Assembly: GCA_963785305.1 (NCBI GenBank)
Contig: CAWAUV010000007.1
Location: forward strand, 1,728,001 to 1,792,000
Reading direction: 5' to 3'
Length of the DNA: 64,000 nucleotides
DNA from: an uncultured Planctomycetaceae bacterium
GTDB lineage: Bacteria; Planctomycetota; Planctomycetia; Pirellulales; PALSA-1355
A model generated the notes under the pieces. It saw only the letters and a program-made list of their open reading frames with translations, did no database searches and had not been told where the DNA came from. Shown piece by piece: positions 44,901 through 57,628 of this stretch. How positions within the stretch are numbered: the first letter of the stretch is position 1; every line of letters starts with the position of its first letter. A program made the position numbers and the translations under genes.

Positions 44901-47900
44901 ACGCCCTGTCGCTCAACTCGCACACGACGCTCAATTTCGATCTGACGACGCCCACCGGCAATGGCGACCTGATCAACGTGACAGGCGCTGGCTCGACGTT
45001 CAGCGGCTCGGGAACCGCGCCGATCACTTTGGGGCAAGCGCCAGTCAAAGCGGTGTATACAACCTGATAACCTTTCCCAGCGGCAGCGCGTTGCCCACCT
45101 CGGACTTCACCGACCCCACCGCCCCCGCTCGCGAAAACTACACCCTCGGCGAAACAACGAATTCAGGTGTCACGACCCTGCAGTTGACCGTTGCCGCGAG
45201 CGCGCCGATCACCACCAACTTTATCGGAGTGACCACACCCGCCGACGCCACGCAAAGCGCCAATTGGAGTAGCGGCGTGCCCGGCATTTCGGGCGACGTG
45301 GTGACCTTCAACAACAGCGACAGCATCACCGGCCCGATCACGGTGAATCTCAATGGTTCGCCGCATTATGGCAGCCTGACCTTCAACAACACCGGTAGCG
45401 ACACGTTTACGATCGCCGCCGGCTCGGGTGGCCCCTTGTATCTCGACAACACCTACTACAGCACGTCGGCCACGGTGTCGAACCTCAAGAACAACAACAC
45501 GATCTCGACGCCGATCGTGCTCTTGAGCAACACCACGATTTCGGCCGCGGTCGGCACGAGCCTGACCCTTTCGGGCGCCATTAGCGGCGTCGAAAGCGTG
45601 ACCGTGCCCTCGACTTCGGCCGGGCAAATTACCTTCAGCGCCGCGAATAGCTTCAGCGGCAGCATGTCGGTCGGCGGTGGATCGGTCAGCATGACCGCCG
45701 CCAATAGTTTCTCGGGTGGTCTGACGGTCACCGGCGGAAGCGTGCTTTTGAGCGGCGCCGATACTTACACCGGCGGGGTCGCGCTTTCCAACGGCGCGCT
45801 TGATCTCAATAGCACCACCGCGCTCGGCGCCGCGTCCAACACATTCACCCTCACCGGCGGCACGATCGACAACACGAGCTCCGGCCCCATCACGCTGGCC
45901 AACAACAACCCGATCACGATCGGCGGCAGCTTTGTCTACGGTGGCACGCAAAACCTGAACCTCGGCGCGGGCGCCGTGAGCCTCGCGGCGCCCGGCGCGT
46001 CGAGCATCACGCTCGGCGGCTCGGGCAGCACGCTCACGCTCGGCGGCAGTATGGCGAACACCTCGGGCGGCAGTCAGACGATCGCCGTGCTCGGCGCGGG
46101 AAACACGCTGAGCCTGCCCGGCACGCTCACGCTCAGCGGCGCGAGCGCCGCCACGGTCGACTTGACCGGATCGAGCAACATCACCCTCGGCGCCGTGGCC
46201 AATGGAACCAGCGGCTCGACGCTCGCCTATTCTGGCACCGGCGCCCTCACGATCACGGGAAATGAAGGCGCCTCGTTCCTCAATGCCGGTTCGGGCGTCG
46301 TCACCGTGGACAACGGCAGCCCGCAGTCGGGCGTTTACATTATCAATGGTAAATTGAACTTCGCGGGCAGCTTTAGTGGCGGCTCGAGTTCGGCTTCTTG
46401 GGTGGGCACGGGCACGGTGCTCATCCCCGGCGGCCAGTTCGGCGGCAGTCAGCAATACGTCAATCTCAATGCCGGCGCCGTGATGCAAATCGGCGGGGGC
46501 TTCCAGGCCAGTTCGGGCTACGGCGGCCAGTGGGCGAACAACATGGCGTCGCTCGTCATTCCCTCGGGGCAAACGTTTGACATCAAGGAAAACGGCGTCA
46601 ATTTCAACGCCTTGGTCAGCACATCGTCAACCGCTACAATTCAAAACGGTTACAACAACGGCAGTCTTGCGATTGGCGTCGCCAATGGCTCGGGAACCTA
46701 TGCGGGTGTGTTGTCCGACGACAGTGCATGGGCATTGGCCAAGCTCGGGACCGGAACGGAAATTCTGCCCAATAACAATACCGTCTCGGGCGGAGTCACG
46801 GTCTCCGGCGGCGGCGCCCTCATTGGGACGACGTCAGTGGCCAGTGGCACGCCCTTCGGCAGCAGCCCGCTGACGGTGGTCGGCGCCACGTTCGGAGTGA
46901 CGCCCAATGTGGCGGCTGGCTCAGGCACGGCGCTGTCGCTCACCGGCGCTAGCGGCGGAACATTTGCCTATGGCGGCGGCGCCGTGCTCGCGGTGAACAA
47001 GGGCAACGAAACCAGCCTCAGCTTCGTCGTCGGATCGAGCAGCGCCAGCTCCGCGGTCTTTACTCGCACCGGAACGGGCACGCTCGTGATCGCCACCGGC
47101 AGCGGAACCGCCAACTTGGGCACAAGCGCGGGTGAAACCGTGACGCTCAGCTCCACCAACTCCGGCGCGGCGCCCACGCTGACCAACGGCATCGTGAACA
47201 CGAGTATGGTGGCCGCGAACAACGGGCCCGCCCAGTCGGGCGATTTCCTCACCTTCGCCAGCACTACCACCGGCTTCCAGGTCGCGAGCTACTCCGGCTC
47301 GCTCGGCAGTTCGACGAACACCTCGGTTGTGTCGAACACCGCCGACACGACGCTCTCCAGCGGCGGCGCCGCCTTCGCTCTTCGCGACACCGCGACGATC
47401 GCCGTGCCCACGGGGCAAACGCTCGCGCTGGGCAACGGCGCCGGCCAAGCCGGCCTGATTCTCAACGGCGGCGCGATCACCGGCGCCGGCACGCTCGATT
47501 TCGGCGCCGCCGAGGGCACGGTTTACACTAGCCTCGCCGGCGGCGTGATCTCGACCGCGATCACCGGCTCCGGCGGACTCACCACCTTTGGTCCCGGCGA
47601 GCTGATGCTCACCGGCGCCACCAGCTTCACCGGCGGCCTCAACATCAATCAAGGCATTGTCAATGTCGGCAGCTCCGCGGAACTCGGCGCGCATGCGATC
47701 AACATGAATGGCGGCACGCTTCAATTCGGCGCTCCGATGTCACTGACGAACACCATTGCCCTGGGCGCCGGAGGTGGAACATTCGACACCGCGGGCAACA
47801 GCGTGACCCTATCGGGGCCGATCACGGGAACCTCGTCGGGCTCGGAATTCGCCAACCTGTTTAAAGTGGGCGCCGGCACGCTGACCCTCAACTCCACGAC

Positions 47901-49825
47901 TTCCTATGCCTATACCGGCAACACCGAAGTTTTTCGCGGCACTCTCGTATTGGATCAAAACGTCGGCGCCGCCACGAACATCATCAACCAGGCTTCCAAT
48001 TTGTTCCTCGGCGGCGGCGCCCTGGTTCAAACCGGCAGCACGACCGGCGGCTCGTCGCAAATCTTCACCAGCCTGACCGTCGCTCCCGGCGCGTCGTCGA
48101 TCGATGTGAATTCCAACGGCGGAACCGGAACCTCGCTCCAGTTGGGCGTCATAAAGAACAACAACACGCAGACGAACGGGTTCGCGGGGGTCAACACGGG
48201 CGGCGGCATCGGCCGCAACGTGGGCGGCGCGCTCGACATCACCCTGCCCACGACCGGCTCCGTCACCACCACCAGCGCCAACACCGCCGGCTCGATCCTC
48301 GGCGGCTGGGCCACGGTCAACGGCGGGACCGGCTGGGCCACCAGCGCCGCGACCGGCGCGGCTCTCGGCGCCATCACCGCCCTGCCTTCCCTCTCGCTCA
48401 CCAACGACACTTGGGCCGTGGGCAATAACACGACGGTCACCCTGGCGAACAACACCATCGCCAGCGGTTCCGCGACCAACAGCCTCGAGTTCAACAGATC
48501 GAGCGTCGCCGCCACCGTGACGCTCAGCGGAACGAACATCATTCAGTCGGGCGGCATTTTGGTCACGCCCAGCGTGGGCGCCAATCTGGAAACCATCACC
48601 GGCGGCACGATCACCTCGGGCGAGCCGGCGAGCATCAGTTCGATTGTCACGAGCGATATCATCGTGAACCAATACAACACCGGCGCCGGCCTGACGATCC
48701 AGTCGACAATCGCCGACAACGGCGGCTCGAGCGCCCTCACGAAGTCAGGACCCGGCCTGTTGACGCTCACCGGCGCCAACACCTACACCGGCCCCACGTA
48801 TATCAACGCCGGAACCTTGAATGTCGGCTCGGCCGAGACCGCCGGAACCAGCGGGCCCTTGGGCAATTCGGCCGCTTCGAATCCGGGAAGCATCGTCTTC
48901 GGCGGCGGCGCCCTGCAATATTCGGCCGCCAACAACTTCGACTATTCGGGCCGCTTCAGCGCCGCCGCCAATCAGCCGATCAGCATCGACACCAACGGCC
49001 AGAGCGTCACCTTCGCCTCGGCCCTCACGAGCGTCGGCGGCACGCTGGCGGTGGTCGACGCCGTGGGCGCCATCACGCCGGGCTCGGGCGGAGGCGCTCA
49101 CGCTCACCGGCGCCAACACCTACACCGGCGCCACCTCGGTCGGCGCGGGTGGCACGCTCTACGTCAACGGCACGAACTTCAACGCGGCCGCGATCGCCGT
49201 GGCCAGTGGCGGTTCGCTCGGCGGCGTGGGCACGATCGATCTGGCCGCTACCAGCGGCGGCGTGACGGTGAGCTCCGGCGGGATCTTCATTCCCGGCTAC
49301 AGCCCGTCCAATGGCTCGACCCAAAGCCCGCTCACGGTCGCCGCCACCGCCGGTGGCAATTCCGCCGTCACTCTCGCGCCGGGAGCGGTTTTCGACGTGA
49401 GCCTTTCGAGCGCCACCGGCGTCGCGGGTTGGTCGCCTGGGCAGTCGGTCAGCAGTCTCAAGGCCGATTATTTGGCGGTGACCTCGGGTGTCGTGAATCT
49501 CGACGGGCCGGGTGGAAACGGCGCCGGGGCAACGCTCAATCTGATCGGCGCCAGCGGTCTGGGGCTCACCGCGGGGCAGAGTCTGAGCTTTCTCGTGATC
49601 GATCCCACGACGACCAACGGCACATTCAGCCCGACGATTACCGGCTTGCCGGCGAACATGACCGCCACGGTGTCCTATGGTCAGGGCCTCTCCGGCCCCG
49701 GCGCCGATGTGGTGGTGACGCTGAGCGCCGTGCCCGAGCCGAGTTCCCTGGCGCTCTGCGGTCTAGGCTTCGCGGGGCTGTGGTGGGCATTTCGCCGCCG
49801 CAAGACATCGCGCGGCGCGGCGTGA
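41973..49825 (+). CDS. Giant (~2600 aa) beta-helical surface protein with autotransporter-associated beta-strand (PATR) repeats and a PEP-CTERM sorting signal; frameshifts near 42055, 45045, 49093
   Basis: Signal peptide from ATG 41973; repeated G.GTL.LSGANT(F/Y)(S/T)G motifs; Gly/Ser/Thr/Asn-rich; ends AVPEPSSLALCGLGFAGLWWAFRRRK. Confidence 0.9.
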
Positions 49826-49928
49826 GAATCGCGAGAAACGCGATAAAACGCTGGCTTTGCCGAGTTCTCCAGGCTATAGGTGGATAATTCCGATTCCGCC
49901 TGTGTTTGCCTCGGGGAACAATACGCCG

Positions 49929-51975
49929 TGTCGCGATTCTTTTATTCGTTCTTGCAACGCCGGTTTTGTCGGCGCCTGCTCGCTTGTATCTTCTTGATCT
50001 CCGCCGCGGCGGGCGGCGTGTCTTGGTCCGGCGCTTGCCAGGCCGCGGAACTGCTCAACCAATGGGTCGCGGAGCTTGAAGCGGCGACGCCTCACGACGG
50101 GCCGGCTTTCAAGACCGTGTCGCTCGACCGGCTGGCTCGCGCGGGGCAAAGCATCGAAGCCGCCGCCACGCGTTTGCTCATCACCACGCAAACTTCCGAC
50201 GCAGGCGCCTCGCTCGCGGCGGTCGAGCGCTTTCTCGCGGCCAAGCATCGAGTCGACGCGCGGCTGAGCGACACACTCGCGCTGGGCCCTCAAGTCGCCG
50301 CGGCGGCCGCCGCGACCGAATCGGCGCCGCAAGATCGCCGCGCTCCGCGAAACTATTTGCGCGTTTGCGGTCTATTGATCGACGCCTCGGGTCGGCTGCG
50401 TTTTATGGAATATGACGTGCTCCGCAACACCGCGGAGAAAATCTCCACTCAGCCCGCCCTACGGCAGCGGCTCATTGAATCGCTGATTCGTTATAAGTCG
50501 GATATCGGAGCGATCGCCGCGACCGATCTCTTGCTCGGCGCCGGTTCGTCGGCCAATCTCGGCGCCTCGCTCGCCGCGCTTCAAGGTCGCGCGCTCGAGC
50601 TGATCGCCGCGAGTGGCGAAACCGAAGTCTTGCCGAAGCTGGGCGCGTTTGTCGAGCGCTCGTCGCAGTCGCGCTCCCCGGCCTGGCTCACGGTGATGGC
50701 GGCCGATACGATTCGCCGCATCGGCCTGCCACAAGACCCGCGCCCGGGCCAAGACCGCTCGCTCGCGCCGCCGGACATCACCGCCGCTCGACTGCGCGCC
50801 GCGCTCGCGCGTCTGGGTCCTCGCTCGCTCGACGCCGCTTGGGAATCGCGGCGGCAAGAGCTGCTCGGTTGGCTCGATAGCCGCATCGCGGCCGGTGTGT
50901 CGCAAGACGCCGCGCTATCGCTCGGCGCTATTCGGTGCGCGCGGGCGACTGGCTGCTGATGCGAAATCCTTCGCCCTACAATCTCTTCACCGATCTTTCG
51001 CCGGGACTGTTTACCCATGTGGGCGTCGTGGCGTGGGAAAAAGGCGCCGATGGCCGCGGCCGCCTCGTGGTGGTCGATCTGCCCGAGCGAGGCACGAGCA
51101 TTCCGGCCACGAACGTCGAGGCGTTTCTCAAGCGCACGCGGCACTTCGTGTTTCTGCGACACCAAGACCCCGAGGTCGCCAAGCAAATGGGCGAGGCGGC
51201 CGCCGCCGTGATCGGCAATCCCTCGGAGTTCGACCTGAACTTTCGCACCGATCGCGTGCTCAAGCTGATCGGAGAGCCGCTCAAGGGAAAGAAAGTACAT
51301 ACCTACTGCGCCGGGCTGTTGCTGCTTTGCGCACTCGAAACCGGCCGCCCGCGCGAGGAATTCTTTCCGATCTCGGAATCGACCGCCGGCGGACTCACGG
51401 CCGAAAACATGAAGACGCTCGGCATGTCGCTCGGCGCCGATTTCGTGTCTCCCTCGGGCGCGCTGTTTTCGAGCAACATGCGCGTCATTGGCCGCAAGGC
51501 GCCGACCTATGAACCGCAGCGCGAAGTGGAAGAGTCGATCTACGATTACTTCGCCGCCCGTTTGGCGGTCGCCCGGCTGCGGCTCGCGCCCGACTTGTTT
51601 CAATCGCTGAGAATGAAGGTGGCCGCGGCCTCGAAGAACAATCGGCTCCTCGCCGAAGCGCTCGCGCATGCCGCGGGCGTGAGCACGGAGATGGACTTGG
51701 TGAGCGCGGCGCGGGCGGCCGCGGTGGTCGAGACACTCGACGACGTTGCCTACGGCGCCAGCGGCCGATTCAAGGAAGCGATGGCGGCCTTTCGCGATCC
51801 CGAGTCGAACCCCGCCGCGGCCAAGCAGTATCAGCGGATTCACGCGGGACTCTTCGAACGCTGGGAGCAAAGTCAACTTCACCCGCGCGATCTGCGGATC
51901 GAGCTCACGAAATACTATACGGAAATCGGCCGGAGCGAGATCGATCGCCGCTTTTTCCAAGGCGCCAGCCGCTGA
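49929..51975 (+). CDS. Secreted protein with a helical N-terminus and a permuted papain-like (YiiX/YebB, NlpC/P60) domain; frameshift near 50933
   Basis: Signal-like leader; GDWLLMR...FTHVGVV (His) preceding FDLNF...YCAGLL (Cys)...FVSPS. Confidence 0.7.
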
Positions 51976-52048
51976 GCGGCGCGAGGCCGCGCGGCCCCGC
52001 GCCGATGTTTCCGCCGGCGGGAAATCGGCTCGCCGCCGTGGTTCGCGC

Positions 52049-53144
52049 TCAGGGCATCCGATCGGCCTTGGTCATGGTATCGATCTTCATCAGTTTGCTG
52101 TTGACGGTCATGTAGAGTGTCGAGCCATCGCCGCCCCAGCCGCAATTGGCGGTGAGGTCGCCGGTTTCGATCGCGCCCAGGTGTTCGCCCTTGGCCGTGA
52201 TCACATGCACTCCGCCTGGCCCGGTGGCGAAAAGATTGCCCTCGCGGTCGACCTTGAGACCATCGGCGCTGCCCTGTTTGCCGCTCTTGAGAATCGCGGT
52301 GTAATCGAACAGTATCCGGCCGGCGCCGAGCGTGCCATCGCTGGCCATTTCAAAGGCCATGATATAGGGCTTCTCCGGGTCGGACTGGGCCACATAGAGC
52401 GTCTTCTCGTCGGGCGAGAAGGCGATGCCATTGGGCCGGGTCAAATCGCGCGCGAGCAGGGTGACTTGGCCATCGGTCCCCAGGCGAAACACGCCACAGT
52501 AGTCGAGTTCCCGTGTCGGATCGTTGCCCTGTTGCGGCAGTCCATAAAAGGGATCGGTGAAATAGAGATCGCCGTTGGATTTGTAGACCAAATCGTTGGG
52601 GCTATTGAATCGCTTGCCTTGGTAATTGTCGGCCAGGGTGCGCTTGCCCGCGTTTTTCTCGAGCCGCGAGATTCGCCGATCGCCATGCTCGCAGGCCACG
52701 AACCGGCCTTCGCGATCGAATGTGAGGCCGTTCGCGCCGGGCTCGCGGCTATAGGTCGTGACTCCGGTGTAGCCCGACGGCTTCATGAAGAGGCTGAGGC
52801 CGTCTTTTTCGCTCCATTTCATAATCCGGTTGTTGGGAATATCGGAGAACAACAAAAAGCCGCCCTCGCGCGACCAGACGGGCCCTTCGGCCCAGAGGAA
52901 GCCATCGGCCAGGAGCATCACCTTGGCGTCGGGCGGCACGAGACGATCGAAGCGAGGATCATCGCGCACCACGCCGCCCCACGGCGCGGGGTAGCGACGC
53001 GTCGTGCTTGGCGCCGGGCGCCGAATCGGCGGCGTTTGCGACGGCGTTTGCGTCTGGGAGAAGAAAGAAGCCCGCGCCGAGCAGCCCGGTTGCGAGCGCG
53101 GCGCTGAAGGAAGCGAACAGCGAGGAAAATCGAGACGATGGCAT
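52049..53144 (-). CDS. SMP-30/gluconolactonase/LRE family protein; frameshift near 52990
   Basis: WAEGPVW, LFSDIP, GANGL, NSPNDL, YFTDP.YG, PNGIAFSPD, ADGLKVD, ANCGWG; signal peptide from ATG 53144. Confidence 0.9.
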
Positions 53145-53429
53145 GGGGAACCTTTCGCAAGGCCAGGGTTTTTGGGGAGGTCGACGGACCGAAGCGTGCC
53201 TGAAGCATGTGTAAGCATGGTCCCGCAGTGTCGGAAAAGCAACTATCTTCGGAATGTCCGCGCGCCGCCTCTGACGGATGCGCCGCTTGCGCCGCGCTCC
53301 GAGGTTCAAGCCTCGGCGGCCCGGCGGTCGAATGAATACGAGCGCCTCCCGCCGCTTGGCTTTCTGTCAAGCGATGGGGATCGCCGACCTGGACTATTCT
53401 TCGAACCGAAACTCGCCACGAATTCCGCG

Positions 53430-54200
53430 ATGTCTGGCCGCGAACTTTCAGGATTGCCGCAGTGGTTCGACGCCGATTACTGGCGTGAATCGCGCCGACC
53501 GTTGGTGAGTCTGGCGTTTATCTTTCCGGCGCTGGCCACCTACGAGGCCGGCGTGGTGCTGCTTGGCCCGCGGCAATGCGCAACGGGGCCGATGTATGGC
53601 TGCGCGAATGCTTGGGCTGGGTCGGCTTCGGTCAGTATTTCCTGCTTCCGCTGGTGACCGTGGCCCTGCTCTTGGCTTGGCATCATTTGAATCGCGACTG
53701 CTGGCGGGTCTCGGCGATGGTGCTCTACGGCATGACGCTCGAATGTTGCCTGCTCGGGCTCGCGCTGGTGGGGCTGGCCCGCGCCGGGATTGGTGGCCAC
53801 CGCCATGAACGGGCGCCTAGCGGCGAGCGGACACATGGCGGCGGCGGCCACATGGCTCGACATTGGCGGCTGGTCGGTCGTTTCGCGCTTGATCGGTTTC
53901 TTGGGAGCGGGCATTTACGAAGAAGCGCTCTTTCGCCTCGCGCTCTTGCCGCTGGTGAGCGCGATGTGGCTATCGCTGGGCGGGGCCGAACGTTTGCGCG
54001 CCCTGGTGGCGATCGCGCTGACGAGCGTCGTGTTTTCGGCCGCGCATTATGTCGGCGCCGAGGGCGATGCGCTCGAGATCTACAGCTTCACGTTTCGGTT
54101 TCTGGCCGGTGTGTTCTTTTCGGTGCTGTTCGTGTACCGCGGCTTCGGTGTCGCGGCGGGAGCGCATGCGCTGTACAACATCTTCGTCGGACTTCTCTGA
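53430..54200 (+). CDS. CPBP (CAAX protease/Abi) intramembrane glutamic protease; frameshifts near 53570 and 53790
   Basis: GAGIYEEALFR, FSAAHY, RGFGVAAGAHALYN. Confidence 0.85.
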
Positions 54201-54385
54201 TCGCGCCGCCATCGGCCCGCGCCATCGCTCGGCGCATTGCATGAAGCGCATTGCATGAAGCGCGTCGCATGGTTCGCTCGCGCGATTGCTAGCATTGCTC
54301 GGGCTTCGGCGCGCGTCGAAGTCAAGTGCTATTGCGCTCCAGCGCGCTCGAAGCGTTCTGGGGACGCGGCTCAAAAAAAGTCTCT

Positions 54386-54413
54386 TTGTGCCGCGAGGAC
54401 TCAAGTTTATAAT
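54386..54413 (+). promoter_or_regulatory. Putative sigma70 promoter
   Basis: TTGTGC-N16-TATAAT (consensus -10) upstream of the DUF2617-like gene. Confidence 0.4.
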
Positions 54414-54606
54414 AGGCTCCATCAAGTTCATCGCCATCGACGATCGCACTCGCCGGCGGCGATGCTTCTTCATGAGTTATTCGGATATTTCGCGGATGAG
54501 CTCTCGCGGGAATCCGTGGGACAGGTGATGCGGAAAACCCGCGGACACGTTCCGGCGGGGTCCGCGGAAAAAATTGCGTCGATGCGCTAGAAAAGGAATT
54601 GCCGCC

Positions 54607-55150
54607 GTGTTGTCCGTAAGGCCGAAAGTCGCGGAATTGGTGTTTCAGTTGTATGGCCGCGCCCTGCATCCGGAACTATTCACCGTGCATGGCTCGCGAA
54701 CGATCAAGCGAGCCGGATACGAGGCCACGATCAACATCACCAGCGCCGGCCATGTGGTGAATTGGCGTTATCAAGGTCAAACGCTCACGGAAGTCGCCAC
54801 CAGCGCGCATCATCCGCTGCCTGAATTGCGGCGATTGATCTCTTGCCGCCTCAAGGGCGAAGGCAGCGACAAGGTGGAATGCCGCGGCGGCGCCCGGTAT
54901 CATATGAGCTTTCAGCTCGAGCCGGTCGATCCGGAAGTTTTTTGGACGTTTCAACAAGAATTAGCCTACGATGGCGAGCGACAAGGCTTGCTGCACCGCT
55001 TTGATTCCAGCGGGCGCATGGCGCTGGGGGCGCTGAGCTATATCAATGTCGAATCGCGCAGATCGGAGCCTGCTTGTCCAGGCGTTTCACACATTTCCCG
55101 ATGATTACGCCCTGGTGAAGACCCAATCGTTCTTCGAGATTCCGCGCTAA
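54607..55150 (+). CDS. DUF2617-like hypothetical protein; frameshift near 55060
   Basis: RPKVAELVFQLYGR.LHPELF; C-terminal QAFHTFPDDYALVKTQSFFEIPR in the shifted frame. Confidence 0.7.
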
Positions 55151-55205
55151 GCCGCGCGATCGTCTCGAAATTTCTTCGCCCGGCGATGGAAATCGCTTTT
55201 TTCGC

Positions 55206-55955
55206 ATGGACCTCGCTCACAAAATCGCGCTCATCACGGGCGGCAGCAAGGGAATCGGCGCCGCGACCGCCCTGGCGCTGGCCGCCGCCGGCGCCGATGT
55301 GGCCATCATTGCCCGAAATCGCGACGCCGAGGCCGAAGCCACGCTCCGCGGCATCGAGCAAGCGGGCCGCAAGAGTTTATTCATCGCCGCCGATTGCGCC
55401 GTGGCCGAGGAAGCGATGGCCGCGGCCCGCGCCGTGGCCGAAAAGCTGGGCGCGGTCGATGTGCTGGTGCATTCGGCCGGCGGCCCGGTCAATGGCGGAC
55501 TACTGGCGCTCGATCCGCGCGACTGGCTGGCCGCGTTCGATATCCATGTGCATGCCGCTTTTTATCTTTGCCGCGAAGTAATTCCCGCGATGCGGGCCAA
55601 GAAAGAGGGGGCCATATTGCTGGTCTCCTCGACGGCCGGGATTCGTGGCGTGTCGACCAACGTGGCCTATCAAACCGTGAAAGGCGCCTTGCCGCAAATG
55701 ACTCGGGCGCTCGCCCGCGAATTTGCCGACGACAATATTCGCGTCAACTGCATTGCGCCCGGCATCATTCGCACTCGGTTTCATGACAGCATGACCGAGG
55801 CCACGAAGCGCCACAATCTGGAGCATCGCGTGCCGCTGCACCGCGAAGGCACGCCGGAGCAAGTGGCCACCGCGGCGCGGGAACTGATTACCAACGATTA
55901 CATCACGGGCCAAACCGTGGTGATCGATGGCGGGCTCACGATGCGCATCGCCTAC
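55206..55955 (+). CDS. SDR family NAD(P)-dependent oxidoreductase; expected stop near 55953 is missing, so the ORF track reads on to 56213
   Basis: ITGGSKGIG, VHSAG, YQTVKG (YxxxK), RVNCIAPG, YITGQTVVIDGG. Confidence 0.88.
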
Positions 55956-55998
55956 GCGCGAAGTTCTTCGCGACGACCTCGGGCGGCGACCCGCGATT

Positions 55999-57591
55999 TC
56001 ACAGCGTGGGCCCGAGCGGCCAGGGCACGAATTCTTCCTCGCCGATTCCGTGCAGCTCGCTCTTGGTTTTCTTGCCGCTGGCCACGGCAAGCACTTCCTC
56101 GAAGATTTCGCGGCCCACGTCGGCGGTCGAGCGGCCGGCGAGAATCGTGCCGGCATCGAGATCCATGTCGTCGATCATGCGTTCATACATCGGCGTATTC
56201 GTGGCGATCTTGATCGAGGGCGTCGGTTTGCAGCCGAAGCAACTGCCGCGGCCGGTGGTAAACGCCATCACTTGCGCCCCGCCAGCCACGATGCCGGTGA
56301 CGCTCACCGGGTCGAGCCCCGGGGTGTCCATGACCACGAGCCCGCGCGTCGTGACCGGCTCGGCATAGAGAAACACATCGGCCAAGGCCGTCGAGCCGCC
56401 CTTGGCGATGGCCCCGAGCGATTTTTCGTGGATCGTCGTGAGGCCGCCTTCTTTGTTGCCGGGCGAGGGATTGTTGTCGCATGTGCCGCCGAACACGCCG
56501 GCGTACCATTCCCACCAGTGGATCCGGTCGATCAACTTTTGAGCGACGGCGGGCGTGAGCGCGCGGCGAGTGAGGAGTTGCTCGGCGCCATAGATTTCGC
56601 TGGTCTCGCCCAGCACCACGGTTCCGCCAGCCGCCACGAGCATATCGGCGGCCACGCCCAACGCCGGGTTCGCCGTGATGCCCGAATTGCCATCGGACCC
56701 GCCGCAATTGGTTCCCAAGATCAACTCGCTCGCGGGAATCGGCTCGCGGCGAACATCGTTCACCCGCGGTAGCATCTCGCGAACGACTTCCAAGGCCCGG
56801 GCCACGGTCTTCCGAGTGCCGCCCAAATCTTGCATGCTCAACACCGGAGGGCGACCGGGGAGCGAAGCGCCGGCAAGTCCTTTGGGATCGATCCGCACAA
56901 GCCGCTGATCATCGAGCAGGTAGCCGCTGGTCACGGCTTCGCAGCCGAGCCCGATCAGCAGATATCCGCCGACATTCGGATGCCGAGCCACGCCGCCCAG
57001 CACTCGGTTGAGCAACTGATGATACTCGCCGGCGTGTTTGATGCCGCAGCCGCCACCATAGGTAAACGCCACCACGCCATCGACATTCGGATACTGCCGC
57101 GGAATCTCGGACGTGAACTGACGGGCCACATGCTTCGATACCGTGGCCGAGCAATTCACGGTGGAAATAATCGCCAGGTAATTCCGAGCGCCGGCTTTGC
57201 CGCTCGCGCGGCGGTAGCCCAGAAATTCGCGACCGACGATCGGCTCGGGCGCCGGCGGAATCGCGGTGGAAGCGGCATAGTCGCGCGTGAACTCGCCGGC
57301 CGCGAGGTTGTGGCCGTGGACCCATTCGCCCGGCGCGATCGCGGTGGTGGCGAAGCCGATGATCTGGCCGTACTTCATCACCGGATCGCCGGTGGCCAGG
57401 GCCGCAAGCGCGATCTTGTGGCCCGGGCGAATCGCTTCGCCGAGCACGACCGGTTGGCGACCGGCGGAATCTTCATGCAGCCGATGCCCGGCGGCGAGCG
57501 GCCGCGCGGCCACCGCCACATTGTCTTGCGGCGCCAGTCGCACCGCGTCGATCACGGTGGGCCGCGACGATGAATCCGTGAGTGTCGCCAT
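55999..57591 (-). CDS. uxaA: Altronate/galactarate dehydratase family (SAF + GD_AH domains)
   Basis: DNVAVA, GHKIAL, KYGQIIG, HGHNL, TVNCSA, GLGCE, CGGSDG.SGITANPALG, NPSPGNKEGGLTTI.EKSLG, FTTGRG. Confidence 0.9.
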   Translation of the reverse strand: MATLTDSSSRPTVIDAVRLAPQDNVAVAARPLAAGHRLHEDSAGRQPVVLGEAIRPGHKIALAALATGDPVMKYGQIIGFATTAIAPGEWVHGHNLAAGEFTRDYAASTAIPPAPEPIVGREFLGYRRASGKAGARNYLAIISTVNCSATVSKHVARQFTSEIPRQYPNVDGVVAFTYGGGCGIKHAGEYHQLLNRVLGGVARHPNVGGYLLIGLGCEAVTSGYLLDDQRLVRIDPKGLAGASLPGRPPVLSMQDLGGTRKTVARALEVVREMLPRVNDVRREPIPASELILGTNCGGSDGNSGITANPALGVAADMLVAAGGTVVLGETSEIYGAEQLLTRRALTPAVAQKLIDRIHWWEWYAGVFGGTCDNNPSPGNKEGGLTTIHEKSLGAIAKGGSTALADVFLYAEPVTTRGLVVMDTPGLDPVSVTGIVAGGAQVMAFTTGRGSCFGCKPTPSIKIATNTPMYERMIDDMDLDAGTILAGRSTADVGREIFEEVLAVASGKKTKSELHGIGEEEFVPWPLGPTL

Positions 57592-57628
57592 GAAAATCAA
57601 ATACCTTTTTAAGCCCGCGCCGGGCTCG

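Noticed and set aside
53430..54200. Abi-named protease as a phage-defence gene
   Set aside because: The CPBP/Abi name reflects a membrane protease family, and there is no defence context at this locus
55956..56213. C-terminal extension of the SDR overlapping uxaA
   Set aside because: The SDR fold ends at IDGGLTMRIA; the Arg-rich tail is antisense to uxaA and probably results from a lost stop codon
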